A stretch of 64,000 nt of DNA, taken from assembly GCA_041650935.1 (NCBI GenBank), contig JBAZKH010000001.1:347337-411336 (forward strand). The letters run 5' to 3'. Shown in pieces: positions 37,315-45,063 of this stretch. The notes beneath the pieces were generated by a model that was not told the DNA's origin, ran no database searches, and saw nothing but the letters and a program-made list of their open reading frames with translations. This DNA comes from Candidatus Omnitrophota bacterium (lineage in GTDB: Bacteria; Omnitrophota; Gorgyraeia; 2-01-FULL-45-10). The translations under genes and the position numbers were made by a program. Within the stretch, counting starts at the first letter, position 1. Each line of letters starts with the position of its first letter.

Positions 37315-37803
37315 ATGCATGAGCCGAACGGCTTCTACTACATGCGCGCTAGGTACTACGACCCTGATGTATGCAGATTCATATCGGAGGATCCGAGCGG
37401 GTTTAGCGGGGGAGACGTTAATCTATATGCCTACTGCGGGAATAATCCGATAAACTTCGCGGATCCGTTTGGGTTGTGCGCTGAGGGCGGTGGAGGTTGG
37501 ACAGAAACCGCCCTGCAAGGTATTGGCATTGCGCTTATTGGTTTAACTGCGGATGATGCAACCGGTATAGGCGTTTTAGATGATCCATTAATACCTGTTT
37601 TAGTTGCGGCTGGCGTTGGGGTTGCTGTAATACAGGCAGCAAACAATAGTGGTAGTGGTAACGGGGCGGAGGAGGAGAAAGAGCATAGAAAAAAACATCC
37701 CAAAGACCACGACAAACATACTAAAGCTCAAGGACATAGCAGTAAAAAAAATAGTAAAGCAAAAGAGCGACTTATAAAAGAAGGAAAGTGGTTTTTTCAA
37801 TAA
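37315..37803 (+). CDS. Orphan Rhs/YD-repeat core tip (…YYDPDVCRFISEDPSGFSGGDVNLYAYCGNNPINFADPFGL) fused to a variable C-terminal toxin domain (glycine-zipper hydrophobic segment plus basic tail)
   Basis: Canonical RHS-repeat-associated core terminal motif ending DPxGL, then a non-conserved CT (37477-37803). The in-frame ORF opens only at 37277, so no full Rhs body upstream. Confidence 0.6.
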   Translation: MHEPNGFYYMRARYYDPDVCRFISEDPSGFSGGDVNLYAYCGNNPINFADPFGLCAEGGGGWTETALQGIGIALIGLTADDATGIGVLDDPLIPVLVAAGVGVAVIQAANNSGSGNGAEEEKEHRKKHPKDHDKHTKAQGHSSKKNSKAKERLIKEGKWFFQ

Positions 37804-37836
37804 TAAAAATAGTAACCAAAAATGGCGCAATGACTA

Positions 37837-38949
37837 ATGCAAAAACAAATTAATGCAATTAAAATGGGACAGAGATATTTATATGGTGACGATGGCTACA
37901 AAAAAAATTATAAAAAAGCGTTTAAATATTTGATGATTGGTGCCAATGCCTCTAACGCAGAATGTCAAAACGATATTGGATATTGCTATGATATGGGATT
38001 TGGAGTTAAAAAGAATCTTAAGCGTGCAATAGAGTGGTATTTAAAAGCAGCAGCCAAAAGAGATAAAGTTGCGTTGTGCAATTTAGGCATAGCGTATGAG
38101 TTCGGAAACGGAGTGAGCATAAATTATAAAAAGGCATTTCAATTTTATCGTAAATCCGCAACATTAGAGCATGCTGATGCACAGTGTAATTTGGGAACGA
38201 TGTATTTAGATGGGTTAGGAACAAAACAAAACTTACGTGAAGGAATTAAGTGGATAAGAAAAGCAGCATTAAATGGTGATTCTAAGGCTCAATATAATCT
38301 TGGAATGGCATATTTAGATGGGGAAGGAGTCAAGATAGATAAACAGGTTGCACTTGGTTGGTTAAAAAGAGCAGCGAGACAAGGGCATATAAAGGCGAGA
38401 AGAAGAATAGGCGTTATCCTACGAAAAAGAAATAGAGAAATAAAGGGGCATTCTACAAAGGCAGGCGAAGGTATGAATGACAGGGCTAAAGAAATCAATT
38501 TTTCAGAACTATTACCTATTTCTAAGATGAAGGGGGATGGCAGAGAAGATACCGCTAGACTTAAAGAAATGCACAAAGAAGCCGTTAATTATATTACATC
38601 TTTTTCTTGGTGTAAAAAAATTGAAGAAAAATATTTTGGTTTAGGTGTCGGAGATATTATAGGAATATATCTGTTTAAGATTCAGCCCTCTAAATCTGAC
38701 ATAAATAAATGGGTTTGGGTTGTGGTCGGAGATTTGCCTCCTGCCTACCTTGTCGTTGATAGGTCTCCTGACCCTGCCTCTGCATTAAATTCATACATAA
38801 GAGAGATGGATGAATGGGTTCAGGCGGTTAAAAAAGGTAAGCCAGTGGATGGTTTAATTCCCGTCAATGCACCTCCGACTGCTGAAAACGCTAAATTATT
38901 AAAAACTCGTTTAAAATTTCTCAAAAAAGAAATCTTGCCCTATTCTTAA
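37837..38949 (+). CDS. Sel1-like repeat (SLR) protein; putative immunity protein for the adjacent Rhs-CT toxin
   Basis: At least five Sel1 repeats (AIEWYLKAA...NLGIAYEFGNGV, AFQFYRKSA...NLGTMYLDGLG, GIKWIRKAA...NLGMAYLDGEG, ...). Markedly AT-rich compared with flanking genes. Immediately downstream of the toxin CT. Confidence 0.55.
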   Translation: MQKQINAIKMGQRYLYGDDGYKKNYKKAFKYLMIGANASNAECQNDIGYCYDMGFGVKKNLKRAIEWYLKAAAKRDKVALCNLGIAYEFGNGVSINYKKAFQFYRKSATLEHADAQCNLGTMYLDGLGTKQNLREGIKWIRKAALNGDSKAQYNLGMAYLDGEGVKIDKQVALGWLKRAARQGHIKARRRIGVILRKRNREIKGHSTKAGEGMNDRAKEINFSELLPISKMKGDGREDTARLKEMHKEAVNYITSFSWCKKIEEKYFGLGVGDIIGIYLFKIQPSKSDINKWVWVVVGDLPPAYLVVDRSPDPASALNSYIREMDEWVQAVKKGKPVDGLIPVNAPPTAENAKLLKTRLKFLKKEILPYS

Positions 38950-38956
38950 GAATAGA

Positions 38957-39075
38957 GGGGACGGTTCTATTTAATTTTTATTCGGCTCGATCACCTACTC
39001 TGAAGAGTCAGTCCCCCAGCCGTAATTAATGGTGCCAACCCAGAAGGTGCCACCCATTGCAGTACAGGAGATAAA
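38957..39075 (+). repeat. Copy 2 of the orphan-cassette leader, joined directly to the trailer element (RHS tip deleted)
   Basis: Leader at 38957-39022, then taattaatggtgccaacccagaaggtgccacccattgcagtacaggagataaa. Confidence 0.55.
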
Positions 39076-39252
39076 GGGTTCTATTTAATTTTTATTCGGC
39101 TCGATCACCTACTCTGAAGAGTTAGTCCCCCAGCCGTTCAAATTCAACGGTAAGTACGGAAACGGATCCGGTAAATGGGGTAATGGTGCTAACCCAGAAT
39201 GGGTAATGGTGCCAACCCAGAAGGTGCCACCCATTGCAGTACAGGAGATAAA
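39076..39252 (+). pseudogene. Copy 3: leader plus truncated RHS tip (FKFNGKYG only) plus internally duplicated trailer
   Basis: Leader at 39076-39136. RHS tip at 39137-39159, then diverges. ggtaatggtgc(t/c)aacccagaa is tandemly duplicated. Confidence 0.5.
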
Positions 39253-39549
39253 GGGTTCTATTTAATTTTATTTAATTTTTATTCGGCTCGATCACCTACT
39301 CTGAAGAGCTAGTCCCCCAGCCGTTCAAATTCAACGGTAAGTACGGCGTAATGCATGAACCAAACGGCTTCTACTACATGCGCGCCAGGTACTACGACCC
39401 TGATGTATGCAGGTTTATCTCGGAGGATCCGAGCGGGTTTAGCGGGGGAGACGTTAATCTATATGCCTACTGCGGGAATAATCCGATAAACTTCGCGGAT
39501 CCGTTTGGAATGTGGTAATGGTGCCAACCCAGAAGGTGCCACCCATTGA
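39253..39549 (+). pseudogene. Copy 4: leader plus complete RHS core tip ending DPFGMW-stop with no toxin domain, plus trailer
   Basis: Leader at 39253-39323 with a tttaatttta duplication. Tip ATG at 39351; stop at 39517-39519 two codons after DPFG. Synonymous-only differences from copy 1 in the tip. Confidence 0.55.
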
Positions 39550-39606
39550 GACGCATTGTGTCCCCGGGATTCGCGAGGCGAAAATCAAAATGATAAAAAG
39601 GACAGG

Positions 39607-40467
39607 TTATCTTCTTCGGATCCTGCGTACTGCCGCGCCCGCTAAACCAAACCCCAGAAGAAGGAAAGTCGAGGGTTCCGGAACAGAGTCGATGGAGCCT
39701 CTCACAGATACCCAATCCTTGACGCAGGTAACCTTGCTGACGTAGGTCTCGTAAGCAGTCCCGTATTCGGCATCCTCAAGCTCCGGGAATAGACTTTTGT
39801 CAATCCTGCCTTCCAGTATATAGGTATCTCCCGTCACCCCGGGTTCAATAGATCCCACACACTTATTATATACTTCGTATGTACCAAGGAGCGTATCGTC
39901 ATAATAATAAGTCCAGACGCCGTTAACGTAGCTACCATTGGCTACGGTAATTGGAAAAGTGTATGGCGACCCGTTATAATGCGCGGCCGTCGTCCAGACA
40001 GTATTCGTGCGATATACGCCCTTGGTCGATAGAGCGTTGATCGGAAGGGGGCAAAGGTCGAGCGCGTATGTGTACTTGCCGGTCTTAAGCAGGTCGTTGG
40101 AGGTCTTGCCGCTAAAATCGAGGAAGATACTCTCATGCGCCCATCCGTAACTGTAAGAATTCGATGATACGACGGCAAAATAGATAGAGTCACCGCGATC
40201 GTCGAAGTATACCGCTTCTATATCATATACCTCATTAAAAGGATCCGACCATGTATTGTTCGTATTGTCCTGGACGACATAGTCGACGCTCGAGCTGGTT
40301 GGAGTCCAATTCGTGAAAGGAGTAACGCCCCAGTCGCTAAGATCGCCGTTAAGCTGATATGATGAGTCCGCGAAAGAATTGCCGGCAAACAGGATAATAG
40401 CGCCTATGACTACCAAATACCTGAATATTGCGGCCAAGACCTTCTTTTCTCTATTTCCGGTAGGCAT
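39607..40467 (-). CDS. Secreted PEP-CTERM sorting-domain protein
   Basis: N-terminal signal peptide. C-terminal VPEPSTFLLLGFGLAGAAVRRIRRR (PEP motif plus TM plus Arg cluster). AGGAGG RBS. Confidence 0.7.
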   Translation of the reverse strand: MPTGNREKKVLAAIFRYLVVIGAIILFAGNSFADSSYQLNGDLSDWGVTPFTNWTPTSSSVDYVVQDNTNNTWSDPFNEVYDIEAVYFDDRGDSIYFAVVSSNSYSYGWAHESIFLDFSGKTSNDLLKTGKYTYALDLCPLPINALSTKGVYRTNTVWTTAAHYNGSPYTFPITVANGSYVNGVWTYYYDDTLLGTYEVYNKCVGSIEPGVTGDTYILEGRIDKSLFPELEDAEYGTAYETYVSKVTCVKDWVSVRGSIDSVPEPSTFLLLGFGLAGAAVRRIRRR

Positions 40468-40678
40468 ATATCATCCTCCTTATTTTTAATTTTTACCCAT
40501 TAGTTATAGGCTTTCTACATCTATATTATCAATTATATTTAAGCAATAATCGTGCCAATATAACGGTTGTTTATAACTAATTGCAGGGGAAAGGGTTGAA
40601 AGTTAATGCATAATAGGCCATGACAATCTTCTGTGTAGTTTTTACAGTACATATAAGAGCAAAAAAAGGACACGCCAC

Positions 40679-40706
40679 TTGACAATGCCGCTTTATAATG
40701 TATACT
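40679..40706 (+). promoter_or_regulatory. Sigma70-like promoter (TTGACA-N16-TATACT) upstream of the small HTH gene
   Basis: TTGACA at 40679-84, TATACT at 40701-06, in an AT-rich 340-bp divergent intergenic region. Confidence 0.35.
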
Positions 40707-40814
40707 TTGTATTATCCTATACTAGTCTGTATCAATAAAGTATAACTAATACCAATACCTTGGCATCACTCGGCATCGATCCCGGGTGAAGTCGAGGGGT
40801 GAGGTGGTGTTGGT

Positions 40815-41012
40815 ATGCCAGAAGACATTGTCTTCACGGTTCAGGAAGTCGCTAAATACCTGAGGATGCAGCCCGTCACTATCTATAAGCACGCTAAGTG
40901 CGGGCGGCTTCCCTGTTTCAAGGTAGGGGCCAACTGGCGATTTAAGAAGTCCACAATAGACCGCTGGATATCTGAACAGGAAGAAAAAGAGAGTAACGGG
41001 CACTCAATATAA
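40815..41012 (+). CDS. Excisionase-family HTH (HTH_17) DNA-binding protein
   Basis: FTVQEVAKYLRMQPVTIYKHAKCGRLPCFKVGANWRFKKSTIDRWI. Confidence 0.6.
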   Translation: MPEDIVFTVQEVAKYLRMQPVTIYKHAKCGRLPCFKVGANWRFKKSTIDRWISEQEEKESNGHSI

Positions 41013-41062
41013 TACCCAATTTCGATTTCGAGATTGGGTATTATTATTTGCTACCTTTTTTT
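41010..41062 (+). terminator. Intrinsic terminator hairpin after the HTH gene
   Basis: aatacccaatttcga-ttt-cgagattgggtatt (15-bp stem, 1 mismatch), followed by tattatttgctaccttttttt. Confidence 0.45.
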
Positions 41063-41139
41063 GATGTTCGACAGGCAAAAGGCGGGATATGGGCGAGCAA
41101 CTGTCGGAGATGAGGTAGCAGTAGAAGGGGAGATGACTT

Positions 41140-42396
41140 TTGTCTGCAAATAACGCCGATAAGAGGGTTGTGGTAACCGGCATAGGCGTTTTGGCGTCTA
41201 ACGGCATCGGTAAGGACGCGTTCTGGCGGGCGCTTCGCGAAGGCAGGTCAGGCATCGGGCCGGTATCGCTATTCGATACGAGCGCGACCAGGGCGAAGCT
41301 TGCCGGAGAGATTGCCGGCTTTCATCCCGAAGAGTTCCTGGGCGCTAAGGGCCTGAGGACGTTCGACAGGGCGACGCGGCTCGTCCTCTCCGCCGCGAAA
41401 CTGGCGTTGGACGATGCCGGATTGAATGTGCCGCTTGACGAGGAGGTCTCTGCCAGGACGGGCGTATCCCTCGGTTCGACTTTGGGCAGTGTCCGTTCTA
41501 TAAGCGAATTCGACAAAGAGGGCCTGCGGAGCGGGCCGCGATCGGTCAACCCGGCATTATTCCCGAATACCGTCATAAACGCGCCGGCGAGCCAGGTCTC
41601 GATACGCTTCAATATCAAGGGTTTCAACGCTACGATATCCACGGGCTTCTCGGCGGGCCTCGACGCTATAGATTACGCGGCCAATTTTATAAAATTGTAT
41701 GATTACGATATCGTCCTCGCGGGCGGCATCGAAGAACTCTGCGAGCAGACCTTCCTGGGTTTTCATAAGATAGGGCACCTGGCGGGTTCGCGCGACGGCA
41801 AAGCCGAAATAGACTGCCCATTTGACAAGAGGCGTAACGGCATAATCCTGGGCGAAGGCGCATGCATATTAATATTGGAAGAAGCGGGCCGCGCTATGGA
41901 CAGGGGCGCTAAGATTTACGCCGAAGTCCTGGGATATGGGACTAGTTTCGATCCGGAGAGCAGGAATATATACAGCCCGAGAGCAAAGGGCGCTTCCAGG
42001 GCCATAAGTTTGGCTCTCGAGGACGCGCGGCTTGCCTCCGGGGATATAGACTACGTCTCGGCGACCGCCAACTCGACGCTCGATTGCGACGTGATGGAGA
42101 CCAGGGCCATAGAGGCCGTTTTCGGCGATAAGGCGAAGGCAGTCCCGGTCAGCGCCATAAAGTCGATGACCGGCGATACGTTTAGCGCGGGCGGCGCCAT
42201 GAACGTGGCCGCGTCGATCGGCGCGATGGAGGGCGGTTTTCTCCCGCCGACCATCAACTATAGGGAAGCGGATGACCGGTGCGGGCTCGATTGTGTGCCG
42301 AATACCGCGCGGGCGGCCGCTATCGACAAGGTTCTCGTAAACTCTTTTACGCCGACCGGCATAAATTCGAGCCTGGTGATAGGACGATATGCTTAA
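41140..42396 (+). CDS. Beta-ketoacyl synthase-like protein lacking the Cys-His-His triad (chain-length-factor / KS-beta-like partner)
   Basis: Full KAS fold (FabF-like), but the active-site Cys position reads TISTGFSAG (Phe), the His positions read SATANST (Ala) and KSMTGDTFSAGG (Asp). TTG start with RBS. Confidence 0.7.
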   Translation: MSANNADKRVVVTGIGVLASNGIGKDAFWRALREGRSGIGPVSLFDTSATRAKLAGEIAGFHPEEFLGAKGLRTFDRATRLVLSAAKLALDDAGLNVPLDEEVSARTGVSLGSTLGSVRSISEFDKEGLRSGPRSVNPALFPNTVINAPASQVSIRFNIKGFNATISTGFSAGLDAIDYAANFIKLYDYDIVLAGGIEELCEQTFLGFHKIGHLAGSRDGKAEIDCPFDKRRNGIILGEGACILILEEAGRAMDRGAKIYAEVLGYGTSFDPESRNIYSPRAKGASRAISLALEDARLASGDIDYVSATANSTLDCDVMETRAIEAVFGDKAKAVPVSAIKSMTGDTFSAGGAMNVAASIGAMEGGFLPPTINYREADDRCGLDCVPNTARAAAIDKVLVNSFTPTGINSSLVIGRYA

Positions 42397-43123
42397 AGAT
42401 AGAGTTGCGATAGTTACGGGAGGCGCCCGCGGTATAGGAAAGGCCATCGTCCTTGAGCTTGTAAAAAGCGGCGCAAAAGTCGTCTTTACATACCTGAAGA
42501 GCGAGGCGGCTGCTGCCGAACTCTTGGACCGGATAAAAAAGTCGGGCGGTGAGGCCGCGGCGGTCAAGTCGGATTCGAAAGATTTTGTGGAAGCCAGGGC
42601 GGCCGTGAAAGAGACGCTCAATAAATTCGGCAGGATCGACATCCTTGTCAATAATGCCGGGATAATAAAGGATAAGGCGCTGATGATGATGGAGCCCGCG
42701 GAGTGGCAGGATGTTATAGATACCAATCTTACGGGATACTTCAACATGGCGAAGGCGTGCATCGTTACGATGATGAAACAGCGGAGCGGCAATATCATAA
42801 ACATCTCTTCGGTTGCCGGCATAGTAGGGACGCCGCGCCAGGTGAATTACGCGAGCGCCAAAGCGGGAATAACCGGTCTTACCAAGTCCCTGGCCAAAGA
42901 GGTCGCTTTATATAATGTCAGGGTCAATGCCGTCGCGCCGGGCTACATAGAGACCGATATGACAAGCGCGCTGAAGAACAGGGATAGCCTCCTGAAATTT
43001 ATTCCTTCCGGCAGGTTCGGGACGCCGGAAGAGGTTGCGCGGGCGGTCTCATTCCTTGCCGGCGAAGAATCCGCGTATATAACCGGCCAGGTCATAAAGG
43101 TCGACGGCGGGCTGGCGATATGA
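42389..43123 (+). CDS. fabG: 3-oxoacyl-ACP reductase (SDR family, FabG-like)
   Basis: VAIVTGGARGIGKAI cofactor motif. NAG, YxxxK (YASAKAG) catalytic motifs. Confidence 0.8.
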   Translation: MLKDRVAIVTGGARGIGKAIVLELVKSGAKVVFTYLKSEAAAAELLDRIKKSGGEAAAVKSDSKDFVEARAAVKETLNKFGRIDILVNNAGIIKDKALMMMEPAEWQDVIDTNLTGYFNMAKACIVTMMKQRSGNIINISSVAGIVGTPRQVNYASAKAGITGLTKSLAKEVALYNVRVNAVAPGYIETDMTSALKNRDSLLKFIPSGRFGTPEEVARAVSFLAGEESAYITGQVIKVDGGLAI

Positions 43124-43782
43124 AAATGAAAATATTAAAAGTCACTATAATAATAGGGATGCCATTACTGGTTATCGCGCTGTTTTTAGCCGGCCCCGCA
43201 ATTAAAGGAAAACTCTTATTCAGCGCATTTATTCTCCTTGCCGTATTTGAAAGAGCGTGGGAGGGTTTGTGCACGAGTAGGGATAAGGATTCCGATAAGA
43301 TCGAGGGAGACTGGACTCTTCCTATTTCGGCGTTATCCTATATTATTCTTGTCATTCTTTGTTTGGCCGAATTCTACTCTGTTCCGCGGATACCAAATCT
43401 GATTATTGCTTCTATGGGTTTATGTGTTTACGTCTCGTCGATCGCTTTGCGCTTATGGTCGATCAATTCTCTGGGCGATCAATGGTCGATACATATTATC
43501 GGCGCAGATAAGCTAAACGGCCAAAGGCGCCTTGTGTGCAAAGGTCCATATAGATATATACGGCATCCCGTTTATCTCGGGATCATATTGGAGCAGATAA
43601 GTATCCCGCTAGCCGCAAATTTATATTATACGGCAATAATTGCAGCGTGCTTCGCAATACCGTTTCAGATCATTAAAGCAAGGCTGGAAGAGGGGGAGAT
43701 GGAAAAACGTTTGGGCGCCGTCTATAAAGAATATATCAGCAAAACCCCCCGCTTTAATATATTCAATATGAGGCATGCATGA
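43120..43782 (+). CDS. Membrane methyltransferase of the isoprenylcysteine carboxyl methyltransferase (ICMT)/PEMT-like family
   Basis: Multi-TM. C-terminal RLVCKGPYRYIRHPVYLGIILE signature of the ICMT/phospholipid methyltransferase family. Confidence 0.5.
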   Translation: MKMKILKVTIIIGMPLLVIALFLAGPAIKGKLLFSAFILLAVFERAWEGLCTSRDKDSDKIEGDWTLPISALSYIILVILCLAEFYSVPRIPNLIIASMGLCVYVSSIALRLWSINSLGDQWSIHIIGADKLNGQRRLVCKGPYRYIRHPVYLGIILEQISIPLAANLYYTAIIAACFAIPFQIIKARLEEGEMEKRLGAVYKEYISKTPRFNIFNMRHA

Positions 43783-44798
43783 ATAAGCTCGTCTGGATAG
43801 GGCATTATATAGAGGCTAAAGACGCGTTCCGGTTTAATAACTTCACATCCCCGTCCAGGTTAATTAATAAGATGTTTATCGAAGTAAATAAAAGAATGCC
43901 GCCCTATATATTTTCACAGCTCGAAAATAGCGCCAGGGCGATAAAAATTTACGGCGTCATAGCGCCCCTATTGCCGTCCGAGATCGCATCCGCCAGTAAG
44001 GCGCGGCAATTTGATCTTATCGGGCGGGCCATCGATATCGCCAACCGCGTGGGAGCCGGCCAGATCGGCCTGGCCGCCTTATTTGCTTCCCTGTGGGAAG
44101 ACGGCGCAGGCATTAAAGAGCTCACCGATGCGCATATTACGACAGGGAAAAACCTGATCGCGGCGCTGGTCCTGGATTATATATCGAAAGGCATCGGGCT
44201 TCTTGGCAGGGACCTTAAAGACCTGACAATAGGTATTATCGGATACAGGAACCGGATAGCCAAAATATTTGTAACTCATTATCTGGATAAAGTAAAGATG
44301 ATCCTGGCCGATGACGGCGGCGAGAAGGTATCTTTTAACGACATATTCAGCAAGTCTGACGCCATTATTGTAACGACGATGGGGGTCGGTTTGGCGGACT
44401 ACATAGATAAGATAAAGCCGGGAACAATAGTCTGCGATATCGTCGTGCCTTATCACTTAACCACGGAGATAAGAAAAAGGCGTAAAGATGTATTTGCCTT
44501 TGAAGGGGTCTGGTCAAGATACAAAGATCTGGATACCTATACCGGGAAGGATATAAAGAGGTTGTTTCCCGGCAATGTGATACCGGCTTGTATGGGAGAG
44601 CCGATAATATTGGCTCAGGAAAAGCGGCTTGGTAATTTTTCGCTGGGCGGCAATATTAATCACGACAATGCGCTGCTTATGCGTTCTATGATTGCAGGCA
44701 ACGGATTCGATTTCTTTGGTTTTAAACAGGGCGGCGGGGTCTATTCGCAGGGCGATATTGACAAAATGAAGGTTTCTTACTCATTGCAAAGGAGGTGA
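43779..44798 (+). CDS. Hypothetical protein with a putative Rossmann-like NAD(P)-binding segment
   Basis: LTIGIIGYRNRIAKIFV and AIIVTTMGVG resemble dinucleotide-binding motifs. No confident family assignment. Confidence 0.35.
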   Translation: MNKLVWIGHYIEAKDAFRFNNFTSPSRLINKMFIEVNKRMPPYIFSQLENSARAIKIYGVIAPLLPSEIASASKARQFDLIGRAIDIANRVGAGQIGLAALFASLWEDGAGIKELTDAHITTGKNLIAALVLDYISKGIGLLGRDLKDLTIGIIGYRNRIAKIFVTHYLDKVKMILADDGGEKVSFNDIFSKSDAIIVTTMGVGLADYIDKIKPGTIVCDIVVPYHLTTEIRKRRKDVFAFEGVWSRYKDLDTYTGKDIKRLFPGNVIPACMGEPIILAQEKRLGNFSLGGNINHDNALLMRSMIAGNGFDFFGFKQGGGVYSQGDIDKMKVSYSLQRR

Positions 44799-44802
44799 GA
44801 GA

Positions 44803-45060
44803 ATGAAAGTGATAGCGGCAGATGTTCTTGAAAAAGAGATTCGCTCGATAGCGGCAGAGGTATTGGAGTTGGATGAGGGCAGGATCACGCCCGGCGCGAA
44901 ATTTGTGGAAGACCTGGGTATGGATTCGATGATGGCCCTGGAAATACTGGCGGCGGCCGAGAAGAAGTTTGGGATCAAGATCCCGGAGGAGTATCTTACA
45001 AAAGTGACGAGTGTCGGCAGTATGGTTGAAATTGCTCAAAAGATCATGACGGGAAAGTAG
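44803..45060 (+). CDS. Acyl carrier protein
   Basis: 85 aa. DLGMDSMMALEI phosphopantetheine-attachment motif. Confidence 0.8.
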   Translation: MKVIAADVLEKEIRSIAAEVLELDEGRITPGAKFVEDLGMDSMMALEILAAAEKKFGIKIPEEYLTKVTSVGSMVEIAQKIMTGK

Positions 45061-45063
45061 GAT

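Noticed and set aside
38957-39550. Possible CRISPR array (closely spaced repeats)
   Set aside because: Repeat units are 65-110 bp and irregularly spaced, and they include protein-coding RHS-tip sequence. There are no short uniform spacers. This is not a CRISPR.
37431-39715. Minus-strand ORFs 37431-37715 and 39467-39715, both ending …NPNGSAKFIGLFPQ
   Set aside because: They are the reverse-complement reading of the duplicated RHS-tip sequence, and mirror each other only because the tip is repeated. The + strand encodes the recognisable RHS motif.
41869-42822. 317-aa minus-strand ORF
   Set aside because: Antisense to the KS-like and FabG genes.
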